A DNA stretch of 64,000 bases from Alphaproteobacteria bacterium (GTDB lineage: Bacteria > Pseudomonadota > Alphaproteobacteria > RF32 > CAG-239): the NCBI GenBank assembly GCA_045597005.1, contig JAZODJ010000012.1:18919-82918 (forward strand), given 5' to 3'. Below are positions 41,626-52,714 of the stretch, piece by piece; position 1 is the stretch's first letter; every line of letters begins with the position of its first letter. The notes under the pieces are model-generated. The model worked only from the letters and a program-made list of their open reading frames with translations. It was not told the DNA's origin and searched no databases. A program made the position numbers and the translations under genes.

Positions 41626-42333
41626 CTATTCCACCACTATCAAAACCATATTTTTATCAACTACTTTACCTACAACTTCTTTTCCGCTTTTATTATTAAC
41701 AAGAGTTATGATTTGTTCTTTAGATCCATCTTCCAAAGCTTCCATTTTAGAAGTAATCTGCAATCCTTTATTTTGATATACAACTGTTGCCATCTGTCCT
41801 TTTTTTACCAAAACCTCGTCTCTTATATCACGTAACGATACAAGCTTATCAGCCTTTAACAAACGAACAACCTGCTTACCGACTAATTCATCTTTATCCG
41901 TAACAACATCATCTCTTAAACGCCCCTCTCTGACCATCTGAGATATCAAATCACTTTCTTTTATAATCTGATCCTTTTCAATATCTGTCTCAGGAACCCA
42001 AACCTTGTGCAAAATAAAATATTTCCCTATAATTTCAGTTTGTTTAAGCAAAACACCATCAGCAAAAATTTCCACTCCGGCCGTAAATTTATTTATTTTT
42101 TCTTCCGTAAACAAATTAGTTACCAATATTTTCATAATTTTTGCATTATCTGCCTCAAAATTTGTCTCCCCGCCAAAAAATTCCAGATCAACATCATCTC
42201 CCAAACCTTTTTCAGAAAACTCTCTTTTGATAGCTTTTGACAAATCATCCGCATCAACCGTAGCAGCTTCGGAATATGAAACTCCACCCAACATCTGCAA
42301 TAAAACCAAAAGCACCAATGACAAATAACGCAT
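41626..42333 (-). CDS. flgA: flagellar P-ring formation chaperone
   Basis: signal peptide, SAF-like region, LVKKGQ ... ALEDG ... I...N.KS.K; lies between flgG and flgH. Confidence 0.9.
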   Translation of the reverse strand: MRYLSLVLLVLLQMLGGVSYSEAATVDADDLSKAIKREFSEKGLGDDVDLEFFGGETNFEADNAKIMKILVTNLFTEEKINKFTAGVEIFADGVLLKQTEIIGKYFILHKVWVPETDIEKDQIIKESDLISQMVREGRLRDDVVTDKDELVGKQVVRLLKADKLVSLRDIRDEVLVKKGQMATVVYQNKGLQITSKMEALEDGSKEQIITLVNNKSGKEVVGKVVDKNMVLIVVE

Positions 42334-42346
42334 CTTATTACCAACC

Positions 42347-43135
42347 TTACTTCATTTGATTAATTGTACTAAGCATCTGATCTGACGTAGTAATAACTTT
42401 AGAATTCATTTCATATGCACGCTGAGCTGAAATTAATTCTGTGATTTCACTTACAGGATTAACATTTGAAGTATTTAAATACCCCTGCAAAATAGAACCA
42501 AAACCCTCACTATCCGGATTATCAACAACCGGGGCACCTGATGCAGCCGTTTCTAAAAACAAATTATCTCCGATAGCTTCCAATCCGGCTTCATTTACAA
42601 AAGTTGCCAATTCAAGCTGTCCGACATTAATCTCATCTGTTTCGCCGTCTTGTTTAATCCAAACCTCACCAGAGCTGTTTACATACACTTCCGTTGCATC
42701 TTCAGGAATCGTTATTTCCGGTTGAACAACATAACCGTCATGAGTAACTATTGTACCATCACCATTTCTTTGAAATGCACCATCTCTTGTATATGCTGTT
42801 CCCTTTCCTTCAGGCAATTCAATCGTAAAATAGCCTCTGCCTCTGATCGCTAAGTCCAAATCATTTCCGGTAGAGGTTAAAGAACCGCCTTCAGTAATAC
42901 GATAAATAGCAGATGTTCTGACACCAAGTCCCATTTGAATACCTGCCGGAACAATTGTATTATCAGCTGTTGATGCCGACCCCGGTCTGACTATATTCTG
43001 ATACAATAAATCACTAAATTCAGCTCTTCTTTTGGTATATGCTGTCGTATTCATATTTGCTATATTGTTAGAAATTGTATCAACATTTGTTTGTTGAGCA
43101 AGCATACCTGTTGCACCGATTTGTAAAGATCTCAT
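42347..43135 (-). CDS. flgG: flagellar distal rod protein
   Basis: GATGMLAQQ.NVD.ISNNIANMNT, SNVN...E..ELI.AQRAYEMNSKVI. Confidence 0.98.
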   Translation of the reverse strand: MRSLQIGATGMLAQQTNVDTISNNIANMNTTAYTKRRAEFSDLLYQNIVRPGSASTADNTIVPAGIQMGLGVRTSAIYRITEGGSLTSTGNDLDLAIRGRGYFTIELPEGKGTAYTRDGAFQRNGDGTIVTHDGYVVQPEITIPEDATEVYVNSSGEVWIKQDGETDEINVGQLELATFVNEAGLEAIGDNLFLETAASGAPVVDNPDSEGFGSILQGYLNTSNVNPVSEITELISAQRAYEMNSKVITTSDQMLSTINQMK

Positions 43136-43156
43136 AACTTTATTCTCCCATTAATC

Positions 43157-43900
43157 TTAAGCTAATTCTGCATAAACAGAAATTGTATTTGATAAACGAT
43201 CATGTTCCTCATCAATCATCTGTTGAACATATTCATAACTGCGTTGTATCTGAACCAAATTTGTCATTTCAGTAATGGCATTAACATTAGATGATTCAAT
43301 CATTCCTTGTGCTATTCTGACATTATCTGAACCATAACTGATTGCATTTCCTTCAACATTTTCAAACAAAACGCCGTTTAATTTTAATAATTTTTGATTA
43401 TCGGCAAATTTTGCAATCTTTAATCTGCCGATAAACCCATTCTCGGTAATAACATCACCGCTTTCTGAAATTGTAATTTCTGTTTCACCCGGAGCAAAAA
43501 ATAATGGAGTATTATTTTCACTCAAAACCAATTCACCGGCTGTAGTAGCTAATGCACCATCTTCATTGAGAGTAAATTGTCCTTTACGAGTATATTTTTC
43601 ACCATCTGCAGTCTCAATACAAAAGAAACCGTTTCCTTTAATTGCCAAATCAAATGTATTTCCGGTTTCTTTAAAAGCACCTTCATTAAAATTTTGAAAA
43701 TCCGCAAAATCTTGAGTAAAAAACAACGGTTCGGAAGCAATACCAACAGCATCTTTCGTTTGATTTATATATGTAGTAAAAAGAGCATTATCCTGTTTAT
43801 ATCCAGATGTATTCATATTAGCCATATTATTAGAAACAATATTCATTTGTTTCCAAAGAGCCATCTGACGCGACAATGCTATATATGATGTATTATCCAT
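43157..43900 (-). CDS. flgF: flagellar proximal rod protein
   Basis: MDNTSYIALSRQMAL, NNMANMNT.GYK, YTRKGQF, ESSNVN. Confidence 0.95.
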   Translation of the reverse strand: MDNTSYIALSRQMALWKQMNIVSNNMANMNTSGYKQDNALFTTYINQTKDAVGIASEPLFFTQDFADFQNFNEGAFKETGNTFDLAIKGNGFFCIETADGEKYTRKGQFTLNEDGALATTAGELVLSENNTPLFFAPGETEITISESGDVITENGFIGRLKIAKFADNQKLLKLNGVLFENVEGNAISYGSDNVRIAQGMIESSNVNAITEMTNLVQIQRSYEYVQQMIDEEHDRLSNTISVYAELA

Positions 43901-43967
43901 AAAATCTCCCCTAAATAAAAACTATTCCCCAATAGTTTTGGATAATTTAATTCGTTGTCAATATATA

Positions 43968-43984
43968 TGCAAAACCCGTGCCAA
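43968..43984 (-). promoter_or_regulatory. sigma54 (-24/-12) promoter of flgFGAH
   Basis: TTGGCACGGGTTTTGCA matches TGGCACG-N4-TTGCW, ~70 bp upstream of flgF. Confidence 0.9.
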
Positions 43985-44000
43985 TTTTTATAACCACATA

Positions 44001-44036
44001 AAAAAACAGCCTTCTTTTTTTAGAAGGCTGTTTTTC
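44001..44036 (-). terminator. intrinsic terminator after ssb
   Basis: AAAAAACAGCCTTCT ... AGAAGGCTGTTTTT. Confidence 0.8.
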
Positions 44037-44054
44037 GATATATGATTATTAAAA

Positions 44055-44516
44055 CTAAAAAGGAATATCATCATCCAAATTAGCAACCGGTGCCGCCGGT
44101 GTAGAATCCCAACCGGAATCTGATGCCGCAAAAACATCATTACCTCCTGCCGGAGCGCCATCTCCACGACCATCAAGCAACACCATATTTCCGTTAAAGT
44201 TCTGCAAAACAACTTCTGTTGTATATCTCTCCTGACCGTTGTTATCTTCCCATCTGCGAGTTTGTAACTGTCCTTCAAGATATACCTTAGATCCTTTACG
44301 CAAATATCTTTCAGCAACATCAGCTAAAGCCGGATTAAAAATAACCACTCTGTGCCATTCTGTTCTTTCTTTACGCTCACCGCTGGCTTTATCTTTCCAC
44401 GATTCTGATGTAGCAACATTCAAATTTACAATTTTTGCTCCGTTCGTCGTATTGCTGACTTTCGGATCTGCGCCCAAATTACCTACTAAAATAACTTTAT
44501 TGATACTTCCTACCAT
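44055..44516 (-). CDS. ssb: single-stranded DNA-binding protein
   Basis: [23 protein letters not shown]-terminal DDDIPF. Confidence 0.99.
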   Translation of the reverse strand: MVGSINKVILVGNLGADPKVSNTTNGAKIVNLNVATSESWKDKASGERKERTEWHRVVIFNPALADVAERYLRKGSKVYLEGQLQTRRWEDNNGQERYTTEVVLQNFNGNMVLLDGRGDGAPAGGNDVFAASDSGWDSTPAAPVANLDDDIPF

Positions 44517-44593
44517 ATTACTTACCTTACAATATTAAAAATTAAAACTGAAATGACTATAATTTATATTTTAACAAATAGCAAAATAAAAAA

Positions 44594-45709
44594 TCAATTT
44601 ACTTGCATATATTCGCCGTTTTTTATCTGATAAATATTATATCCGTTATTACTTTCGACAATATTTCTCTGCCAATCAATATTTCCCCAGGGAAGATTAA
44701 AAGTTTTTTTCTTTTGAATATTTATAATCTTATCAAATTCAACACTTTTTGCCTGTTTTGCCATATCTTCCCACAATCTGAACATAACATAACCATATAC
44801 CCCAAGTCCTTTAGGTTCTTTTCCTTTTAATCTCAAAGTAACTAATTCTTCGGTAAATTCAGGATTATTTTTAAGATCTTTCAAAGTAATAACATAAATA
44901 CCTTCTGCAAAATTTCCCAATTCATTAAATAAATGTTCTGTTGCTAAATATTCATCAACAAAAACAACAACATCTTCTTTTTCTTCTTGCAAACGCTGAA
45001 CCAATCTTGCTGTTTTTTCATAATCTCCCAATATATAAACGATTTGATTATTAAGCAAAATTTCTTGCGCCATTTGTGAAAAATTTTTGTTATAATCTGC
45101 CAAGTTAAACAGCGTCAAATTAGAAATATTATTTTCTCTGAACAATTGTTGAAGTTCAAACGCCGTTTCTGTAGTTTCCGGCATTGTAGAATCATAAACC
45201 ATCGCAAGCTTATTTGTTATCATTTTGTTTTTATAAAAATCAAAAAATGTCTCAGCTTCATCGCTGAAACGCCCCATAAGCTTAATCATTCCTCTAGCAT
45301 AAAAATTATATTGTTTAGCATTCAGAGGCATCGGTACAAAACGTATAATTTTTCCCTTAGAATAAATATCCGCAATATCATAAAACATATTATTACAATA
45401 CGGACCTATAACCATATTTATCTTATCATTGGCTGACGAATTAAGAGACATCATTTGTGCGGCAGAAACAGCAAACGTATCTTCACATCGATCATCAATT
45501 GCAATAAGATTTATTTTTTCACCATTAATACCGCCTTCTTCATTTACCATATCAACAGCTGTCTGCACACCGGAAATCAACTCCAATCCATATTTTGCCA
45601 TCGGACCTTCTTTAGGCGCAATCACAGCAACATTTGCCGCTTCAACAACCATCACCCGCATTACCAACAAAAAAACAAATATTTTAAAAAAGCGATTAAA
45701 CATAAGCAT
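44594..45709 (-). CDS. branched-chain amino acid ABC substrate-binding protein-like (LivK/PBP6), no partner genes adjacent
   Basis: signal peptide, P..G..A.YG, N..GGINGEKI.L...DD.C, VIGP.C. Confidence 0.75.
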   Translation of the reverse strand: MLMFNRFFKIFVFLLVMRVMVVEAANVAVIAPKEGPMAKYGLELISGVQTAVDMVNEEGGINGEKINLIAIDDRCEDTFAVSAAQMMSLNSSANDKINMVIGPYCNNMFYDIADIYSKGKIIRFVPMPLNAKQYNFYARGMIKLMGRFSDEAETFFDFYKNKMITNKLAMVYDSTMPETTETAFELQQLFRENNISNLTLFNLADYNKNFSQMAQEILLNNQIVYILGDYEKTARLVQRLQEEKEDVVVFVDEYLATEHLFNELGNFAEGIYVITLKDLKNNPEFTEELVTLRLKGKEPKGLGVYGYVMFRLWEDMAKQAKSVEFDKIINIQKKKTFNLPWGNIDWQRNIVESNNGYNIYQIKNGEYMQVN

Positions 45710-45791
45710 CAATATTTTATTAAAAAACTGCACGCATAATATTATTTTTTTATAACTTTGCAAGTTTTTTATACATTACATCATTTTTATG

Positions 45792-45820
45792 TTGACAAAA
45801 TTTTTCGCAAAAACGATAAT
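45792..45820 (+). promoter_or_regulatory. sigma70-type promoter of the 45852 ORF
   Basis: TTGACA-17 bp-GATAAT. Confidence 0.7.
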
Positions 45821-45851
45821 CGCCAAGATATAACTATAAAAAACAAATTAT

Positions 45852-46361
45852 ATGAAGAAAAAAACAAAATACTTTTTACCTTACTACAATGAGGTTAAAC
45901 AAGTAATGAGTTGCGCAGAATCTATGATTGGTCAAACAATCAAAAGCGCCGAAGTGATTATAAACATCGGTTTTAACGGAAATGAATACATTTCATCAAC
46001 AGAATGGTTGCTAATCACCGAAGATGGTGAAGAATGTATCCTTCCTTTCTTTATGACCCCGCAATATCCTACTTTTATCAGTATGATTGCCGGAACAAAA
46101 ATTGAAAAAAAGAATGATAGGATACAATTCATTTACGACGAAAAACCGGCCGTACTGATTATGCCTACCGGTAAAGAACTCACTTTTGCCCCCGGCAAAC
46201 CTGTTCGTGTCAGCATTGTTGACGGGACAACGGGTTTTGTCGGTAACGATTGTTCCGTTCAGGTAATTGAAACACCCGATGCCGTTATTTACCGCATCAT
46301 CACGGATGAAACAACACACTACGGACAATTTATTGACGGCAAAGTAAACTCTGCTAACTAA
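45852..46361 (+). CDS. hypothetical protein
   Basis: 169-aa ORF with its own promoter and a downstream hairpin CCGCAAAAC..GTTTTGCGG plus T run. Confidence 0.7.
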   Translation: MKKKTKYFLPYYNEVKQVMSCAESMIGQTIKSAEVIINIGFNGNEYISSTEWLLITEDGEECILPFFMTPQYPTFISMIAGTKIEKKNDRIQFIYDEKPAVLIMPTGKELTFAPGKPVRVSIVDGTTGFVGNDCSVQVIETPDAVIYRIITDETTHYGQFIDGKVNSAN

Positions 46362-46466
46362 ATAAAAAAAGATTTTTTTCCGCAAAACGTCAAATTGTTT
46401 TGCGGTTTTTTTATTGCTATTCATATTTTATAATCATATATTATACTTCGCATAAGGAGAAATTTT

Positions 46467-49274
46467 ATGGCAAGTGATTTTATCGAAATTAAAGGCGCAA
46501 GGGAACACAACCTCAAAAATGTGGATATAAACATACCTAAAAACAAACTGACTGTTATAACAGGTCTTTCCGGTTCCGGTAAATCATCACTGGCTTTCGA
46601 CACAATTTATGCCGAAGGTCAGCGACGTTATGTTGAAAGTTTATCTTCTTATGCTCGCCAATTTCTGGATTTAATGAAAAAACCCGACGTTGATTCTATT
46701 GAAGGCTTAAGCCCTGCCATATCTATTGAACAAAAAACAACTTCTCACAATCCTCGTTCGACTGTCGGCACCGTTACCGAAATTTATGATTATATGCGTC
46801 TTCTGTGGGCTCGTGTCGGAACTCCCTATTCTCCGACAACCGGTCTTCCGATTGAAAGCCAAACTGTTTCTCAAATGGTCGATAAGATATTAGAGCTACC
46901 GGAAGGAAGTAAGCTCATGATATTAGCACCAATTGTAAGAGGAAAAAAAGGAGAATACAAAAAAGAACTGGAAAATTTACAAAAACAAGGCTATCAACGA
47001 GTAAAAATTGATGGCGAAATTTATGATTTGGAAGAAACCCCCGCTTTAAACAAAAATCAAAAACATGATATCGAAGTAGTGATTGATCGTATTATTGTTA
47101 AAGAAGGAATTAGCGAACGTCTGAGCCAATCATTTGAAACAGCACTCAAACTCAGCGATGGTCTTGTTTTTGTAACCGATATGACATCAGGTAAACAAAC
47201 AACTTTTTCTTCCAAATTTGCTTGTCCCGTTTCCGGTTTTACTATCGAAGAAATTGAGCCACGTTTGTTTTCATTTAACAATCCTCACGGAGCTTGCCCA
47301 CACTGCGACGGTATCGGAGCCAAACTTTATATGGATCCTCTTCTTGTTGTTCCCAACACCAATTTATCAATTAAACAAGGTGCAGTCCTTCCTTGGTATA
47401 ATCGTCGCCACGGCTTTTTTACCGATGCTCTTAACTCATTATGTCGCTATCTTAACATCTCAGAAGATACTCCTTGGAAAGATCTGCTTAAACATGCCAA
47501 AGATACAATTTTATACGGCTCCGGTAACGAACCTATACCCATGCAATTTCCGCACTTTCAAAGTTACAAACCGTTTGAAGGTGTTATTCCCAATATGGAA
47601 CGTCGATTTTTAGAAACCGATTCACCGGAAACCAGAGAAGAACTATCACGTTACCAATCAGCCGCTCCTTGTGAATTTTGTTCCGGTAAGCGCCTAAAAC
47701 CCGAAGCTTTAGCAGTAAAAATCGGTGGAATTGATATTATGGATGCTTCCGAAATGTCAATCAAACAAGCTCTTGTATGGTTTGGCGGAATTTTACCGAC
47801 CCTCACTCCCAAAAAACAAGAAATAGCCGCTAAAATAGTTAAAGAAATTTGTGAACGTCTAAGTTTTCTAAATAATGTAGGACTTGAATATTTAACTCTT
47901 TCTCGTCAATCAGGCTCTCTTTCCGGAGGCGAAGCTCAACGTATTCGACTTGCAAGCCAGATAGGCACAGGATTAACCGGAGTTTTATACGTTTTGGATG
48001 AACCCTCCATCGGGCTTCATCAACGAGATAACAGTAAACTATTAGAAACATTAACCCGACTTCGTGATATCGGCAACAGTGTAATTGTAGTTGAACACGA
48101 CGAAGATGCTATCCGGACAGCCGATTTTATTATTGATATAGGTCCCAAAGCCGGTGCCGATGGCGGCAAAATTATGGCCTCCGGATCTATCAAAGATATA
48201 TTAAAATCAGACAGTTTAACCGCTCAGTATCTGAATGGTATCAAAAAAATAGAAATTCCGACAACTCGACGCAAAGGTAACGGCAAATATATCGGACTCA
48301 AAGGTGTCAAAACCAACAACCTCAAAAATATTGATGTCAAAATTCCGCTCGGAACCTTAACTTGTATTACCGGTGTATCCGGATCCGGAAAATCATCACT
48401 TATTCTTGAAACTTTGTGCAATGCATTAGAAAAAGAAATCAACGGATCCCGTACCTCTGCCGGAATTTATGACGAACTTATCGGCGCTGAAAATATCGAT
48501 AAAATAATCAATATTGATCAATCTCCGATTGGTCGCACCCCGCGTTCCAATCCTGCAACTTATACCGGAGTTTTTACCAATATTCGCGATTGGTTTGCCG
48601 GTCTTCCCGAAGCCAAAGCTAGAGGTTATAATGCAGGACGTTTTTCTTTTAATGTTGCAGGTGGCAGATGTGAAGCTTGCAAAGGCGACGGTGTAACCAA
48701 AATTGAAATGCACTTTTTACCTGATATTTATGTTGAATGCGACGTTTGCAAAGGAACTCGTTTTAACCGTGAAACGTTGGAAGTAAAATACAAAGACAAA
48801 TCAATCGCCGATGTTTTAGATATGACTATTGACGAAGCTTATAGCTTTTTTGAAAATATCCCCTCAATCAAAAACAAACTTGATCTGTTACGACGTGTCG
48901 GGCTGGGATATATCAAACTAGGTCAACCTGCAACCACTCTTTCCGGTGGCGAAGCACAACGTATAAAATTATCGAAAGAACTTTCTAAACGCGCTACAGG
49001 CAAAACCTTATACATTTTAGATGAGCCTACAACCGGACTTCATTTTGAAGACATCAACAAATTACTCAAGATTTTGCATTCCCTTGTCGAGCAAGGCAAT
49101 TCATTGATTGTAATTGAGCATAACTTAGATGTAATTAAAACAGCTGATTACATTATCGACATCGGTCCGGAAGGCGGCGACGGGGGCGGACAAATTATCG
49201 CTCAAGGCACACCTGAACAAGTGGCTAAATCTGAAATCAGCTACACTGCAAGATTTTTACGTGATAAAATTTAG
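46467..49274 (+). CDS. uvrA: excinuclease ABC subunit A
   Basis: two Walker A motifs ([16 protein letters not shown]), LSGGEAQRI twice, zinc fingers. Confidence 0.99.
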   Translation: MASDFIEIKGAREHNLKNVDINIPKNKLTVITGLSGSGKSSLAFDTIYAEGQRRYVESLSSYARQFLDLMKKPDVDSIEGLSPAISIEQKTTSHNPRSTVGTVTEIYDYMRLLWARVGTPYSPTTGLPIESQTVSQMVDKILELPEGSKLMILAPIVRGKKGEYKKELENLQKQGYQRVKIDGEIYDLEETPALNKNQKHDIEVVIDRIIVKEGISERLSQSFETALKLSDGLVFVTDMTSGKQTTFSSKFACPVSGFTIEEIEPRLFSFNNPHGACPHCDGIGAKLYMDPLLVVPNTNLSIKQGAVLPWYNRRHGFFTDALNSLCRYLNISEDTPWKDLLKHAKDTILYGSGNEPIPMQFPHFQSYKPFEGVIPNMERRFLETDSPETREELSRYQSAAPCEFCSGKRLKPEALAVKIGGIDIMDASEMSIKQALVWFGGILPTLTPKKQEIAAKIVKEICERLSFLNNVGLEYLTLSRQSGSLSGGEAQRIRLASQIGTGLTGVLYVLDEPSIGLHQRDNSKLLETLTRLRDIGNSVIVVEHDEDAIRTADFIIDIGPKAGADGGKIMASGSIKDILKSDSLTAQYLNGIKKIEIPTTRRKGNGKYIGLKGVKTNNLKNIDVKIPLGTLTCITGVSGSGKSSLILETLCNALEKEINGSRTSAGIYDELIGAENIDKIINIDQSPIGRTPRSNPATYTGVFTNIRDWFAGLPEAKARGYNAGRFSFNVAGGRCEACKGDGVTKIEMHFLPDIYVECDVCKGTRFNRETLEVKYKDKSIADVLDMTIDEAYSFFENIPSIKNKLDLLRRVGLGYIKLGQPATTLSGGEAQRIKLSKELSKRATGKTLYILDEPTTGLHFEDINKLLKILHSLVEQGNSLIVIEHNLDVIKTADYIIDIGPEGGDGGGQIIAQGTPEQVAKSEISYTARFLRDKI

Positions 49275-51026
49275 TTATTTATTATTTCCACCGGAAATTT
49301 TCTTCAAAACTATCGGAGATATGTTTTTTGAAGCCGAATCTTTATGTCTGTCTTCTCTATCATAAACCGGAGCATACGCATTTTCTATTAATTGTGCCAT
49401 TCTTTGAAATAAGTAATGACCACGTTTTTCACTATAGGCTGCATCAGTGCCATAGTTTTCCATATCTCCTTCACAACTGTTAATCACAACAGCATAAGTT
49501 CCTTCAGCCCCCTTTGACACGATATTAGTTAATTCTCGTACTTCATCATCATTATAATCATGTTCAACCACAATATGCTGCAACATCTTGGTCATTTTAT
49601 CATGAAATCTATCATTATATTGCAAATTTTCCATCTCATCAGCCGTATATGTTCTTCCATAGGCTTCTGCAATACCCAACACCAACTGTTTATCGATTTC
49701 ACCATCCTTAATTAACAGATCGTATAAACCATCTATTTTTATATCGCTTGTTCCTTTTGATTTTGCTTTTTGAAACAAAAATTCAGCATATCGTAATTTA
49801 TCAAACTCATCCGGTTCACCTTGTTGCATTGAATTATATCCCATAGTCAACGGATTGTTATAAATATTCAAATTACCTCTTGCTTGGTTTGCAACATCAG
49901 CATACAATTTGCCAATTCCTGCTCTTTTGGCGCTTTTTCCGGCACCAGTCACATTAGAATCTCTTATAATATTCAAAATCTCTTTAACCTCTCCGACGGA
50001 ATAATCTTCAGTTTTAAAAGCCATTCCGGCTAATTGCACCATCTGATTAGCGATTCTTTCATTAAATCCGCCGGATTTATTTACATATTCCATATATGTA
50101 GCAAAGATATTTTTTATTGCCGTCTTATCTAAAACTTCTTGTTCCCCACAAAAATGAGCTTTTTTCACGGCTTTTGTAGTTTTTGTCGCCAAATTTTTCA
50201 ATACGCTTATATCCAGCTCATTTCTGCTTTTATCAGACATTAAAAAATACAAATTAGCATATTCGGCAACCGTTTCATCTGAAACCAACTTTATATTCTT
50301 TTCAAAACACTTAAACATTTCAAAAAATGTTGCAATCTCTTTTGAATTATTTTTCGTTTTTTCATTTAGACTTCTGATTGTTCTATCATGTAACACATCA
50401 AAAAACTGCTGTTCAAAACTATGAGGATTTACCGAAACCAAACGCAACAAAACATTATCATCAATATTCCTGACACCTTTACTGGATGTTCTTTGATGAT
50501 ATTTATTGGCCACTATATATTCTAAAACACTAAACTTATCTTGAGATGCCAAAGGATATTTTGTTGCCATTTTTCCCAAAAATCCGATAGCTTCCGTCAT
50601 CAAATACTTAGTTTCATAACTTTTAATAGGCGATAACGGCAAAATATTTTTAATATCAGTATCATGTTCCCTGATAATTTTATTTTCCATCAATTCCGTG
50701 CAAGCATCCAAAAAATGCCAAACCTCTTTCTTTTGAAGTTCAGCATCATTAATTGCTCTTAAATGGTATTCAAACAACAGAAAAAATTCTTCACATTTTT
50801 CATTTTTAAGTTCTTCCAATCTGTTTGCATTAAGGCTGTCTGCACTATATACTGTATCTCGATAATACCCCGGTTTTACTTTTTCTGACAACCCGCCATA
50901 AAAACTATTATTGGCTTTTTTGTATTCCACAACACTTTGAAAGTATTCAACTAGTCTGTTTTCCAATTCTTTTTGGCGATCAAGAGGATCTTTCATAAGA
51001 AAACCTTTTACATAAGTATTATCCAT
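49275..51026 (-). CDS. hypothetical soluble protein (~583 aa)
   Basis: long uninterrupted ORF, AAGGAG RBS; no recognised motif. Confidence 0.75.
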   Translation of the reverse strand: MDNTYVKGFLMKDPLDRQKELENRLVEYFQSVVEYKKANNSFYGGLSEKVKPGYYRDTVYSADSLNANRLEELKNEKCEEFFLLFEYHLRAINDAELQKKEVWHFLDACTELMENKIIREHDTDIKNILPLSPIKSYETKYLMTEAIGFLGKMATKYPLASQDKFSVLEYIVANKYHQRTSSKGVRNIDDNVLLRLVSVNPHSFEQQFFDVLHDRTIRSLNEKTKNNSKEIATFFEMFKCFEKNIKLVSDETVAEYANLYFLMSDKSRNELDISVLKNLATKTTKAVKKAHFCGEQEVLDKTAIKNIFATYMEYVNKSGGFNERIANQMVQLAGMAFKTEDYSVGEVKEILNIIRDSNVTGAGKSAKRAGIGKLYADVANQARGNLNIYNNPLTMGYNSMQQGEPDEFDKLRYAEFLFQKAKSKGTSDIKIDGLYDLLIKDGEIDKQLVLGIAEAYGRTYTADEMENLQYNDRFHDKMTKMLQHIVVEHDYNDDEVRELTNIVSKGAEGTYAVVINSCEGDMENYGTDAAYSEKRGHYLFQRMAQLIENAYAPVYDREDRHKDSASKNISPIVLKKISGGNNK

Positions 51027-51214
51027 CAAAGCGCTCCTTGTTTTGTCAACTTTTCGTCATAATATCACTTTTTTAGCATAAAAGCAAACAAAAAAATAAT
51101 GCCCGAAAAAGAAGAACATTTTAATAAGGACGCAAACATTAAAATTCTTCTTTTACGAGCATTACCACCAAACAGGAGCTTTTTATAAAACCACCGTTGG
51201 AATCTTCTCTTGTC

Positions 51215-52489
51215 TTAGAAACTATAGTTCATTGACAAACCAAACATCTTAACTGAGTTTGTATAATCAGCAGTTACATCATAAGGCCCCATAGCTGCAT
51301 TCTGACCCGCCGACATATCAATTGAAGCCTCTTTAGCCTTGATATATGTAAATGCAGCATCAATACTCAAGTTTTCACTATATTGATATCCCAAACCAAC
51401 AGAATACCATATACGATTAGAATCTGGAATACGAGGAGTTCTATCACTCAACTTAACAGCAGCTTCATCATACGCCAAACCTAAACGTAATTTCCATTGA
51501 TCATCCAACTGATAACTTGCACCAATTGCATAAAAATTAGCATCACGCCAGTTTTCTTTTGTTGAAGAAATATAACCTTGAACTGGTACATTCATTTCAG
51601 ATCCATAAATGTCAATACTATCAAATGAGTTCCAGTAAACTCTCTGATATTCAGCCATTAATTCCCACTTATCATTCAATTTATGATAAGCACCAACAGA
51701 CAACATTGCCGGAGCATCAACACGAGCATTAATATCTTGATTCATAAAAGGACCTTTAGCACCTAAAAAACCCGTAGATTCAATCTCACCTTTTAATTTG
51801 TGATTAATCTCACTACGATAATTGATACCAAAACGTGTATTTTCATCCAATTCATACATCGCTCCTAATTGATATCCAACATCTACAGTATCTCCCTCAA
51901 CTTTCGAATAACCTGAATTAATAGATACACTATTCGGAGTACCGTTATAACCACTAGTCAACTTAGCCTTGAAATATTGAATAGGCAAACCGGCACCAAT
52001 AGACAACTTATCAGTTGCTTTCCATGCAACCATTGGGGTTGTAGTTACAGCTGTAACTTTAGATGTTGCCCCATGATGAGCACCGGCCCAACGTGTATCA
52101 TACTTAGTTACCATACCAAAAGGAACATTAACTCCCAAACCAACTGTAACTTCGTCATTTAATTGATGAGAAAAAGACATATTTGGTGCAACAGCAGCAT
52201 GCACAATATTGTGAACATCACTATATTCACCTGCACCACCTTGAATATTATGAGCCGAAGCTTCCGGAGCGATATAGGTACCACCCAAGTTCATTTGGGT
52301 ACCTTTATGTCTGGTCAAACCGGCAACGTTAAAATAAGCATAAGAAATATTTTCTGCACCAGCTGTAGCACCGGCGAAAGCATTACCTTGAGCCGCAGCA
52401 GATTGTTCTCTCAAGTGGAAACCTGCAGCATTGGCATTAGTAGCAGCCAAAATCAAACCCAAAGCGGTAAAAGTTACTATTTTTTTCAT
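51215..52489 (-). CDS. fadL: OmpP1/FadL/TodX family outer-membrane transporter
   Basis: signal peptide, AGFHLREQS...QGNAFAG hatch, RTPRIPDSNR.W, terminal Y-S-F. Confidence 0.9.
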   Translation of the reverse strand: MKKIVTFTALGLILAATNANAAGFHLREQSAAAQGNAFAGATAGAENISYAYFNVAGLTRHKGTQMNLGGTYIAPEASAHNIQGGAGEYSDVHNIVHAAVAPNMSFSHQLNDEVTVGLGVNVPFGMVTKYDTRWAGAHHGATSKVTAVTTTPMVAWKATDKLSIGAGLPIQYFKAKLTSGYNGTPNSVSINSGYSKVEGDTVDVGYQLGAMYELDENTRFGINYRSEINHKLKGEIESTGFLGAKGPFMNQDINARVDAPAMLSVGAYHKLNDKWELMAEYQRVYWNSFDSIDIYGSEMNVPVQGYISSTKENWRDANFYAIGASYQLDDQWKLRLGLAYDEAAVKLSDRTPRIPDSNRIWYSVGLGYQYSENLSIDAAFTYIKAKEASIDMSAGQNAAMGPYDVTADYTNSVKMFGLSMNYSF

Positions 52490-52714
52490 AAAAAAAAGTC
52501 CTTATTTGTTAAACTCACGATCATGCTTATATCATATATTTTTAAAAAATCAATCAATCGATTGAATAAATGTGGATTTATTTTCAAATATTGTGTAATT
52601 TCAAGATAATAGCCAATAAAACAAATTAATAAAACGTTTAAAATTATCCCTTTTTATCATCTTTTTAAGTTGATTATACGTTATTTTCTACTATTAATTT
52701 TGAGTATCATCCAC

